18,587 nt of DNA. It comes from Pseudomonadota bacterium (GTDB lineage Bacteria > Bdellovibrionota > Bdellovibrionia > Bdellovibrionales > SG-bin7). The position numbers were made by a program, and so were the translations under genes. The notes beneath the pieces are model-generated. The model saw only the letters and a program-made list of their open reading frames with translations. It was not told the DNA's origin and made no database searches. Below are positions 1 through 8,127 of this stretch, in pieces (within the stretch, counting starts at the first letter, position 1; every line of letters starts with the position of its first letter). The stretch lies in NCBI GenBank assembly GCA_034439715.1, contig JAWXAY010000030.1, forward strand, positions 1 through 18,587. The letters are read 5' to 3'.

Positions 1-110
1 ATCACACCGAGACCCAATTTAACAAATTTTTTCGCTGAATCAGGAGTCAGCGCGACACGATTTTCGTTTCCTAAATTATTTCTGTCTTCTGAAAGTATAC
101 CAAAGCGCAT
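1..110 (-). CDS. pntA: 5' fragment of NAD(P) transhydrogenase alpha subunit (AlaDh/PNT N-terminal family), runs off the window edge
   Basis: Not in the ORF track. Manual translation from ATG at 110 gives MRFGILSEDRNNLGNENRVALTPDSAKKFVKLGLGV. The ExRVAxTP...KLG pattern is the PntA/alanine dehydrogenase N-terminal signature; the TPDSA..KLG flavour favours PntA, but ald is not excluded. Confidence 0.7.
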   Translation of the reverse strand, partial: MRFGILSEDRNNLGNENRVALTPDSAKKFVKLGLGV

Positions 111-113
111 GTA

Positions 114-455
114 CTATTCGTCGTATCTTAAACCTAATTTGACAACATCTTTATCGATTTCTTTGCGCCATATCACGGTCGCATGTAAGGCCTCGAGCCT
201 GCCTATTTGTGCTACAATTTGGTCATCTTTCTGAAGCTTATTGGTGCCAGCGATAACAATGGAGCACCCTGTGTTGGACTCGTTCAAAATTATGCCCAGG
301 ACGTCCGTCTGAAATTGGCTGATTTTTTTATTAAAACATATGATGGCATAGTCTCCGACATCGGGAATGTAACGTAACGAACGCCGTTTATCGCTGGGCT
401 TGGAAACCTTGGATCTAACTGCTGATGATTTTATTGTTGTTTTGGCTGGCGACAT
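114..455 (-). CDS. Stand-alone PilZ domain protein (c-di-GMP receptor)
   Basis: RRSLR (RxxxR) and NESNTG ([D/N]xSxxG) motifs; ATVIW...LGLRY beta-barrel end; GGAGG RBS upstream of the ATG. Confidence 0.85.
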   Translation of the reverse strand: MSPAKTTIKSSAVRSKVSKPSDKRRSLRYIPDVGDYAIICFNKKISQFQTDVLGIILNESNTGCSIVIAGTNKLQKDDQIVAQIGRLEALHATVIWRKEIDKDVVKLGLRYDE

Positions 456-608
456 TTGCTTCCTCCGTCTTGCTGAATTTTAGAGACTTTATGTCTAGAG
501 ATGTAGCTAATTTTACGAGTATGTTTATTATTGCTGCGCGCAAATCTTTTAGGACTCGCAATGTGCCCGCCTTGACAGCATCAGCTAAATACCCGACTAA
601 TTATTCTC

Positions 609-1136
609 ATGAATGATGTTCAATCTTATATTTTTAAAACTAAATGGGGATTTGTAGGTCTGGCTTGGGATTTCTCGGGCGTTCGGCAAATCACTCTGCC
701 CGATCCTACTTTTGAAACTTGCCGCAAAAGACTAGTTTCAAATTATTTGCACAGAACATTTAAAAAGGTACCAAAAAAAATTCAAAGTCTCAGTACCCTT
801 GTAAAAAGATATTTTGCCGGAGAGAAGATCCGTTTTTCGCGAGAAATAGATTTTAATTGGCAGGGTTTAACCCCTCTCCAAATCAAGGTCCTCACAAAGG
901 CATTTGAAATTCCCTATGGTAAGACTCTAACTTATTCTGAATTAGCTGAGAAAAGTGGATTTCCGGGTGCCGCACGATTTGTAGGAAATACATTGGGAAA
1001 AAACCCATTTCTGTTGCTGGTGCCTTGTCACCGTATCATCGCGAAGAATAAGTCTCTCGGCGGGTTCAGTGCACCCCAAGGCAAAAAAATGAAACAAAAA
1101 ATGCTCCAATTGGAACACTGTAATCTTTACGGATAA
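609..1136 (+). CDS. ogt: Methylated-DNA--protein-cysteine methyltransferase
   Basis: IPYGKTLTYSELA, ARFVG, NPF.LLVPCHRII (active-site PCHR), LGGFS. Confidence 0.95.
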   Translation: MNDVQSYIFKTKWGFVGLAWDFSGVRQITLPDPTFETCRKRLVSNYLHRTFKKVPKKIQSLSTLVKRYFAGEKIRFSREIDFNWQGLTPLQIKVLTKAFEIPYGKTLTYSELAEKSGFPGAARFVGNTLGKNPFLLLVPCHRIIAKNKSLGGFSAPQGKKMKQKMLQLEHCNLYG

Positions 1137-1147
1137 CGCGCCTCAAG

Positions 1148-1177
1148 TTGACGCGCATTTATCGAGTGCGATACCTT
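1148..1177 (+). promoter_or_regulatory. Candidate sigma70 promoter for the lipoprotein gene
   Basis: TTGACG (1148-1153), 18 nt spacer, TACCTT; AGAGGA RBS precedes ATG 1209. Confidence 0.35.
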
Positions 1178-1208
1178 TTATAAATAAATTAAGAGGACAA
1201 CTTACATT

Positions 1209-2114
1209 ATGAAATACTCAAGACTTTTGTTGCTTTCGATATTTTCCTTGATTGTGATATCTTGCGGCTCAGGTGGCGGTGGGGCTCGCCGGGCACTGGT
1301 TGATCATGATCCTTGCAAAGAAGATAACAAAGAACTTGTTGGGCTAGACTCAGATCAAAGGCAATATTTTTATAATGTTCTGGCACCTGTGGCTAACATA
1401 GACCGCGCCCTCGATTTGGCTCCAAAAAAGGACAAACAAAAAGCTAAAATTCCTGAGGCTCAGGGTAAAATAATTAAAGATATTCGCGAAATGTGTCTTG
1501 TTCAAATGACCGAACTTGGGCCGGACTATAGTTATCAATCTTTCAAAGGCCAAAAATCCACGTCGGGCAAATCCGAAAATGTCATTTGCCCAGTTCAACT
1601 AAAACAGGAAGTCATTCCTGACAAAACACTACCGGCATTTGCGGATACGATTACAAAAGAAGTAAAATCTCACCTTGATCTTAGTTGGAAGAAATCAACT
1701 CCAGACTATAAAGAGTTGGGCCTCATAGAAGCTGTGGAAATGAAGGGCGAGGCGAAAACTGAGTGGGTAAAAAATTCTGCCAACCAAGTTAATGTCAGCG
1801 AAAAGTTCGCGCTCAAAGTTGATATCACAAATAAAGACCCTCTGGTGGGTGAGTATAAAGTATGCCGAAAATACTACTCGGCACATAATGCAAAATACGA
1901 ACTTGCCGTGACTCGAATTGAGTTAACTGTTGATAAGGTGGTCATGCAGGGAAAATATTTAACTTTCACCAAGTATACTTTCGATCAATCGACCCAGGAG
2001 TGGGAATTGACGGGACGAGACCCTCGGAATGATTTTTATCTCAACAATATTTTGTTAAACGCCGCTGAAATCACGGAACTTGAAAAAAAACGTAAAGAAG
2101 CGGCCGGTCTATAA
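1209..2114 (+). CDS. Lipoprotein of unknown function
   Basis: MKYSR + hydrophobic stretch + lipobox-like VISC followed by a GSGGGG linker; 301 aa ORF with RBS. Confidence 0.8.
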   Translation: MKYSRLLLLSIFSLIVISCGSGGGGARRALVDHDPCKEDNKELVGLDSDQRQYFYNVLAPVANIDRALDLAPKKDKQKAKIPEAQGKIIKDIREMCLVQMTELGPDYSYQSFKGQKSTSGKSENVICPVQLKQEVIPDKTLPAFADTITKEVKSHLDLSWKKSTPDYKELGLIEAVEMKGEAKTEWVKNSANQVNVSEKFALKVDITNKDPLVGEYKVCRKYYSAHNAKYELAVTRIELTVDKVVMQGKYLTFTKYTFDQSTQEWELTGRDPRNDFYLNNILLNAAEITELEKKRKEAAGL

Positions 2115-2124
2115 TCGCCCTTTA

Positions 2125-2649
2125 TTAAGGGTCAATTAAGGCTCGGAATAACCCCCGACAACCTCGATCAACCCAGACAGCATCGTTTGAGAATCCCCAA
2201 GATTGACCATAAAGACACTCGTTCTTTGACATTTGCTGAAGCAGCGAGAGTTGTACTACTCTGCGCCCGACATAACACTCGTGATAGCCATAGTCGCGGC
2301 TTTCGCAGCGTAAATCGACTACGCGGCGGGGGGGTGGACGAGGTGGTCGGCGGTCTTGAATCTGAACCCGAAACGTTGCCTGACACCCACGACTGACCCA
2401 AACAACATTTCCCGAAATACCCCAGGCATGATTGGGTATACAGGCATTATGCGAGTATTCACGAATTATCCAGGCGTCGAGTACATACCCCGGCAAAGCG
2501 CATTCGTAATAATTATAATTATAACTTTCGCAGGTAACGTCATAATGGTTTAAAAGGCTATTTTCATCTTCGCTGATGTCGGCTAACGCCTGACCTGGAA
2601 GGCTAAATCCCACTAATACCAAAGTCAGATATAAAATGTTTTTTATCAT
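2125..2649 (-). CDS. Secreted protein with two DUF3011-like (lectin-like, Cys-rich) repeats
   Basis: Signal peptide ending ALA. Two copies of CES..Y.Y.EC...S...C....WG.....VWV..GC...F separated by a RRPPRPPPRR linker. GAGGGGG RBS. Confidence 0.8.
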   Translation of the reverse strand: MIKNILYLTLVLVGFSLPGQALADISEDENSLLNHYDVTCESYNYNYYECALPGYVLDAWIIREYSHNACIPNHAWGISGNVVWVSRGCQATFRVQIQDRRPPRPPPRRVVDLRCESRDYGYHECYVGRRVVQLSLLQQMSKNECLYGQSWGFSNDAVWVDRGCRGLFRALIDP

Positions 2650-2687
2650 TTTTCCCCCTCATGTTGTAACTTCTAATTATGGTACAT

Positions 2688-2704
2688 AGCAATTCTCACG
2701 CCAA
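2688..2704 (-). promoter_or_regulatory. Sigma54 (-24/-12) promoter of the DUF3011-like gene
   Basis: Minus strand reads TTGGCGTGAGAATTGCT: GG-N10-GC with TGGC and TTGCT consensus blocks, about 40 nt upstream of the ATG. Confidence 0.75.
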
Positions 2705-2778
2705 TGAGATTTTGTGATTTAATCTTTCAAATTTGTAACTTTTAGAGCCAATTGATCACCACCCTTGGTCCAAAGCCC

Positions 2779-2802
2779 AGTGCAGTTTTGCACTCAATGA
2801 GT
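2779..2802. promoter_or_regulatory. Two overlapping palindromes, candidate transcription factor/enhancer sites
   Basis: AGTGCA-gttt-TGCACT (2779-2794) and ACTCA-a-TGAGT (2792-2802) in the divergent intergenic region. Confidence 0.4.
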
Positions 2803-2867
2803 TGTTTCGATATTGCCCATTCGGACTAACTCGCGGAAAATACTAAGAGAGGACACGTAGCACTAAG

Positions 2868-4895
2868 ATGGCAAATATAATCGTAATTGAAGATGACCCT
2901 CGCATTGAGCGTCAAATCAAAATGTATCTCAATGAGCTGGGAGAAAGCAACCAGGTTCGCTTTTTTCCGACAGGCGAAGCCTTCGAAAAGAAATACTGTT
3001 TTATCCTTGATGAGTCCCAACCAAAAGACACCGACGAGACAAAGGACGGCAAGTCCACCGCCATTAAATCTAAAGAAGTTGATGAAGCCGAGCTGTTTCA
3101 ACTGCTCAGCAGTGTGGATCTGGTAATTTTTAAGTCACAGTGCCTCAAAGAAGAAGCCCGGGCCTGGGTTACGAAAACACTGAGGGCGCTAAAAACTAAT
3201 AAATTTTCGACGGTCGAAAAAGTATCGCGGTTTATGGTTCTCAAGTACGAAGACGACGGTGTGGACAAGGATTATTTTATTCACCCGCTAATTGAAGACA
3301 TTATCTTTTTGCCTCTAGACCGTCTCATATTTTTACAAAAGGTTGAGATCGTACTAAATTTACCTCGAAAATCCACGCCGAGTTTTCTATTCAGTCAACC
3401 CGTCGAGCAAACCATAGAAATCAGTAAAAAAACGTTGATCGAGAAAATTTCGGATTTGGGTTTTGCCATTCGAAACCCTTTTCGAATAGCTCCCGGCACA
3501 ATAAATCATTTTTATTTAAGACTACCGGGACAAAACGAAACTCTGGACGTTTTTGCTAGGACTCTTTACTCCCAACCACACACTGAACTTACGAACCAAT
3601 ATTTGGTCTATTACACTTTCTTGGGTGTTACTGCAAAATTGGCCCAGAGCCTAAGAAAGTTTTTAACCAGCCAGCCAGACTATAGGGATCTCTTGGACGA
3701 CAATGCGGCGAAATTTCAGTTTAAACCGCCCAAAGATTTTATCTTAGAAAACAATAAAGTAGAAAAAACTATCGCCATTTTAGATAATGACCCCAACCAG
3801 GCCGACCTAATTGAGGACATCTTAAACTCCGAAATCGGCCAAGTTAAGATAGTGCGCGAGTCTTCATTTTACTTTTTTACGACTAAATTTATTGAGAAAG
3901 AAACGATTTCGGCCGCTCCCGGCGAGCCAAATGAGCTCTTTAATCCGAGCGTTATTTGGACTATTCGCCTCGGAAATTTAGCTCTGAATGATGTGACAAC
4001 AAAACCTGCCGCCAATTCCCTTCTTGTGGGACATAATGCGGCCACACTGTTTGGTCGACCGACCGGCTGGAATCAGTTGTTTAATAATCCCGACTCAAAA
4101 GCCATGCTTGAAGAAGCGCTGAACCTTGTTAAATCAGGGCAAAAATATGCACAAAATACAATTGTTCAGGATGCCAATGGCACGTTAAAGTATTTTCACC
4201 TGACAGTGACTTATGTAAAGGAAAAAGACATCGCCAGGCTTGAGCTCAAGGCACCCGAGGTCATTAGTAAAAAAGCGGCCGAAAAGAAAATTACCGCGCT
4301 AGATCTTGTGATTGTAAATCAGGCGCTTTTACCCGAAAATATAGACGGGTGGTCGAACCGACTAAAAGAAATCGCTCAAAAAAATAACGTCATTGCTCCT
4401 AATCAGGACGTTCCAATCATTGTTATCTCAGATGAAAAAACAGGATGGTCCCCTAAAAAAATTCGCTATCAGAAGATTTTTGGACTTATCTATAAACCAT
4501 TTAAGAATAGGCCCATCTGCTATACAGTTTCTAGTGCCATCAATAGTCCCTATACCAAGTACAATCAGAGTAACATTGGTTGGACAAAAGCTATTATCCC
4601 AGTTTTTGTTGCCATTGAATCTCAACTTGAAAATCTTTCAGAATATGGCGCCACTATTTCGGCGCCGAGGCCATTCGCCCCCGGCACTTGCCTGTACCTT
4701 CATGAATCTATTTTTGCAAACTCTCCTGAAGGATATTTGGCAGCACGCTTTTACTTCGCGGAAGAAAACCAAAAGAAAAAGGGCAAATTCAGTTGTTATC
4801 TTTTGTATTTTGGCATTACAGATAGTTTTTTAAAGTATATTCGCACCTGGATTAGAAAAGACTTTGCCGACAAAAAAAAGGGCCAAGGCGGTTAA
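2868..4895 (+). CDS. Multidomain signalling protein: pseudo-receiver / PilZ-like / pseudo-receiver with PAS-like insert / PilZ-like
   Basis: IIVIEDD and IAILDND receiver starts; VDLVIF and LDLVIV beta3 strands; PIIVIS; YKPF; PilZ-like KISDLG and NLSEYG; GAGGA RBS. Confidence 0.7.
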   Translation: MANIIVIEDDPRIERQIKMYLNELGESNQVRFFPTGEAFEKKYCFILDESQPKDTDETKDGKSTAIKSKEVDEAELFQLLSSVDLVIFKSQCLKEEARAWVTKTLRALKTNKFSTVEKVSRFMVLKYEDDGVDKDYFIHPLIEDIIFLPLDRLIFLQKVEIVLNLPRKSTPSFLFSQPVEQTIEISKKTLIEKISDLGFAIRNPFRIAPGTINHFYLRLPGQNETLDVFARTLYSQPHTELTNQYLVYYTFLGVTAKLAQSLRKFLTSQPDYRDLLDDNAAKFQFKPPKDFILENNKVEKTIAILDNDPNQADLIEDILNSEIGQVKIVRESSFYFFTTKFIEKETISAAPGEPNELFNPSVIWTIRLGNLALNDVTTKPAANSLLVGHNAATLFGRPTGWNQLFNNPDSKAMLEEALNLVKSGQKYAQNTIVQDANGTLKYFHLTVTYVKEKDIARLELKAPEVISKKAAEKKITALDLVIVNQALLPENIDGWSNRLKEIAQKNNVIAPNQDVPIIVISDEKTGWSPKKIRYQKIFGLIYKPFKNRPICYTVSSAINSPYTKYNQSNIGWTKAIIPVFVAIESQLENLSEYGATISAPRPFAPGTCLYLHESIFANSPEGYLAARFYFAEENQKKKGKFSCYLLYFGITDSFLKYIRTWIRKDFADKKKGQGG

Positions 4896-5932
4896 GGAAC
4901 CACTTCGTAAGTTGTGTACATTCCAGCCTTACGATGATCATCAACATGGCAGTGAAGCATCCACTTACCTGCGTTATCCGCCCTCATATCCACCGTTTTC
5001 ATACTGGCCGGCAATAATTCAATCACATCAGTATAGCTGCCTTGGTATTTGACGACTTCACCGTGCCAGTGGGCCGAGTGGAGGTCTACTTCGGTGCCGA
5101 GTGCTAATAGGTGCCAACGAACTTTTTCTCCGACCTTCATTTTAAGTCCAGTAAGGTTACCAAAAATATAACCGTTGATGGCATGCTTTAGGTGCCCTTC
5201 AGCGTCTATTGGGCTCATGTTCGGAATTGACTCGTTAAAAACTAAATAAAGATTTACGAATTCTTTATCAACGTCATTGGGCAAACCATCTTCCTTGGCA
5301 TACTTAGCAGATGTGATGATGATAGGGCCCATGAGACCCAAATAAATGTCTCCTGAGTTATGGGAATGATAAAGCCAAACTTTGGAGCCGCCCTCCAGCG
5401 GCCCGGGAGCAGACTTCTCACTGGCTAACCAATGGTATGTATATCGTTCGCCCGGCATGATCATAGCGCCCTTGCCTACGATTCCCGAGTACATCGCACC
5501 TTCGTTGTCTTTGTCGTACACGACGCCATGGGGATGCATGCTTATGTGGTGAGTCTTAGTGCGATTAAGAAATGTGACTTCGATCTTGTCGCCTTCAACG
5601 GCGCGAATAATGGGACCCAGAATTCCCAGCCATTGCGGTTGTTCTTTTTTTGATTTAAAAGTGTCGTCCGTGTACTCAATATATCTTACCTTTTGGTATT
5701 TGGTTTTTGAGCCCCAGGGGACAGGAACTGGTTTATTTTCGAGAGGGTCCAATCCCAAGGGCGCGTAATCCCACTCGACATGTTCGGCTGCCACATAGTA
5801 TTTTCGAGTTTGAGCTTGATAAGGTGGACCGTTATTTTTGTCAGTTGAAGCAGTAAGTTCCTGTACGTTGACAGAAACACACGCTCCATTCAAAAGCAGC
5901 AAACACAGCAATGAATTTAATTTCGCTAACAT
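4892..5932 (-). CDS. Two-domain multicopper oxidase, ceruloplasmin/hephaestin-like, probable lipoprotein
   Basis: Copper motifs HPHG, YHSH, HSAHWHG, HCHVDDHRKAGM; YYVAAEHVEWDYAP and LGILGPIIRA. Start placed at ATG 5932 (MLAKLNSLLCLLLLNGAC, lipobox-like) instead of 5968. Confidence 0.9.
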   Translation of the reverse strand: MLAKLNSLLCLLLLNGACVSVNVQELTASTDKNNGPPYQAQTRKYYVAAEHVEWDYAPLGLDPLENKPVPVPWGSKTKYQKVRYIEYTDDTFKSKKEQPQWLGILGPIIRAVEGDKIEVTFLNRTKTHHISMHPHGVVYDKDNEGAMYSGIVGKGAMIMPGERYTYHWLASEKSAPGPLEGGSKVWLYHSHNSGDIYLGLMGPIIITSAKYAKEDGLPNDVDKEFVNLYLVFNESIPNMSPIDAEGHLKHAINGYIFGNLTGLKMKVGEKVRWHLLALGTEVDLHSAHWHGEVVKYQGSYTDVIELLPASMKTVDMRADNAGKWMLHCHVDDHRKAGMYTTYEVVP

Positions 5933-5982
5933 ATTAAATATTATCTCTAATGGAATCCGAATCAGCAACCAGGACTAGCCTA

Positions 5983-7152
5983 TCAAAACTTAGCGGTAAG
6001 ACCAGTTTCAATGATGCGGTCTTCATAAATTTCATCGACAAAATTAGAGTCGCTATTAAGATAGGCCAGAGTCAGAGAACCTTCGAGATGCGCCCAAAAG
6101 GATTTGATTAGGCCGACAGACAACTTAGTAACCCTGTCACTCCTCAGGCCACTGTGCTTGGCGGCTTCTAGAGAAGAAAGATCTGCATGAATGCGAGAGA
6201 ACTGTCGGGTCAAAATACTAAATTCAGTTTTTAGCGCTAATCCCTGCCGGCCAGATAACGGAAATAAAAATTTCTGCTCCAGTTTTTGTTTTCGCACACT
6301 AGATATGCCACTCACCAAATCCTGATCGGCTCCGTAAGCCAAGGCTGTAGTTGACTCAAAGCTATAGAACTCGGGAATCCAGGCAAAATAATAATCTTGT
6401 TTTCGAAGGTGCAGATTTTCGCCATCGCTCTGACTAATACCATTCTCCCCGCGCACTTTACGATAACGGTATTTTTGATCACCCCACTCCCCACCAATTT
6501 CAAACTTCATTCTATTAGTGGTTGCGGAAAGCAACTTGGTATAGATACTCTGAATCAAATTATCATTCTGAAAGGGCTGGTCTTGCTCATCAAAAACATT
6601 TGTTGAGTAATCCTGCCAAACTAACTTGGAGCCTACGATAAAGGCGAATGGTGATGCCTCGAACGTAGCTGCGAGATTCAGGTTTTGTGAGAGGTAACTA
6701 TTAGGCTCACCTAAACTAAATTCAAAATCAGTCGGTGCGATTCTTCCGGCCAAGTGTTCAACTGCCCATGCAAATTCAAGTGCCGAGTTTTTTAAAGTAC
6801 TTTTGACGAGTGAAAGGCCACCCTTAATAAGACTAAAATCACTATTTCGTGCGGCTTTTTTATCGCTAAACTTTTTGATTTTGGCAGCAATGAAGCTATT
6901 AAGCACAAAGCCCTCTGATCTTGGAGTAGATTTCTTCCATTGCGGAGTGAATTGAAAATAGCTACCCGCATGGCCTCCGGGGGCTTGGGCAGGATTGGAG
7001 GCCGTACCAAAAACGACGCCCACGTCAGAGCCTAATGCTCTTTGGCCCACAGAAAAGACCACAGAAAAGAGCAGAGAAATTGAAAAAATAACGATACTCA
7101 GTCGACTAATCATCACAATCATCTTATTCCCAGCTTTCTCTTGATCTGTCAT
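5983..7152 (-). CDS. Outer-membrane beta-barrel protein
   Basis: N-terminal signal peptide (true start may be ATG 7122), alternating amphipathic strands, and C-terminal IIETGLTAKF ending in Phe (BAM beta-signal). Confidence 0.7.
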   Translation of the reverse strand: MTDQEKAGNKMIVMISRLSIVIFSISLLFSVVFSVGQRALGSDVGVVFGTASNPAQAPGGHAGSYFQFTPQWKKSTPRSEGFVLNSFIAAKIKKFSDKKAARNSDFSLIKGGLSLVKSTLKNSALEFAWAVEHLAGRIAPTDFEFSLGEPNSYLSQNLNLAATFEASPFAFIVGSKLVWQDYSTNVFDEQDQPFQNDNLIQSIYTKLLSATTNRMKFEIGGEWGDQKYRYRKVRGENGISQSDGENLHLRKQDYYFAWIPEFYSFESTTALAYGADQDLVSGISSVRKQKLEQKFLFPLSGRQGLALKTEFSILTRQFSRIHADLSSLEAAKHSGLRSDRVTKLSVGLIKSFWAHLEGSLTLAYLNSDSNFVDEIYEDRIIETGLTAKF

Positions 7153-7201
7153 GGGCTTCGAGTTATTTTTGTAAATTATTCGTCAAAAAAAGGGGTTTCT
7201 G

Positions 7202-8125
7202 TTGAAAGTTTTGATTGTTGGAGGAACGGGCTTTGTGGGCGCAAGACTTAGCCAGCATTTATCGCTTAGCCATGATGTTCATGTTACTACTCGCAAACCT
7301 CTAGCAAACTTCAAAAAAACGATTGTGGGTGACGCGACAGATTCTAGTTTTTTTGCAAAACTGGCTAGCCAATCATTCGACGCTGTAGTTTATACAGTTT
7401 CACTAAACCATTCGGAGTCCAACCAAGACATTGAAAGGACAATTGAAGTCAATGTGAACTCAACAGGGAAGTGTCTCGAAGCCTTTTCTAAATCTCAAGC
7501 GAAACGCTTCATTTATTTTTCAACTCAACAAGTTTACGGCCCCTTTACCGCCGGTTTTGATTTTAATGAGGATTCAGCCTGTAATCCGAATAATATTTAT
7601 GGATTAACTCATTTGATGTCCGAAAGTCTTTGCAACTACTACTTTAATAATACCAAGCTCAAGAGCATTGCCGTTAGACTTTCTAATTCTGTGGGTGCCC
7701 CGATCATTTCGTCGCCCCACATTTCTTCATTGGTAGCTCTCGATCTTTGTCAAATGTGCGTCCGTGAGGGCGTCATAAAACTTAAGTCAGATGGCACGCC
7801 TCAGCGCGATTTTATTGCCATGGGAGATGTGTGTAAAGGGGTGGAAACTTTACTCACGATCCCAAAACCAAATTACTCCATTTATAACTTAGGTTCTGGA
7901 CAAACCATTACTTTGGGTGAGTTGGCAGTTCAGATTGCGAGAATCTATGAAAATCTCAGTGGCAAAAAAACAAAAATTTTGCGAAATGACGGTATTGAAA
8001 TCACTTCTCAAACGATTTTTAACGACAAACGCTTTTCGTATTCTACTTCGCGTTTAGGTGAGCTGGGCTTTAGGGCCAAAACCTCTATAGAGGCCGCACT
8101 CACAGAAATCTTAAAAGGAGTATAA
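7202..8125 (+). CDS. NAD-dependent epimerase/dehydratase (extended SDR)
   Basis: GGTGFVG Rossmann motif, FSTQQVYG, YGLTH, RLSN, GTPQRDFI, YNLGSG; TTG start. Confidence 0.9.
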   Translation: MKVLIVGGTGFVGARLSQHLSLSHDVHVTTRKPLANFKKTIVGDATDSSFFAKLASQSFDAVVYTVSLNHSESNQDIERTIEVNVNSTGKCLEAFSKSQAKRFIYFSTQQVYGPFTAGFDFNEDSACNPNNIYGLTHLMSESLCNYYFNNTKLKSIAVRLSNSVGAPIISSPHISSLVALDLCQMCVREGVIKLKSDGTPQRDFIAMGDVCKGVETLLTIPKPNYSIYNLGSGQTITLGELAVQIARIYENLSGKKTKILRNDGIEITSQTIFNDKRFSYSTSRLGELGFRAKTSIEAALTEILKGV

Positions 8126-8127
8126 TT

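Noticed and set aside
557..573. Minus-strand AAGGCGGGCACATTGCG as a sigma54 promoter for pilZ
   Set aside because: Spacing is correct but the -24 block is a weak match, and it overlaps a plus-strand TTGACA; not enough support.
2497..2510. 14-nt match (AGCGCATTCGTAAT) to the tRNA-Thr anticodon arm
   Set aside because: It lies inside coding sequence (YYECA of the DUF3011-like repeat) and is inverted; most likely chance.
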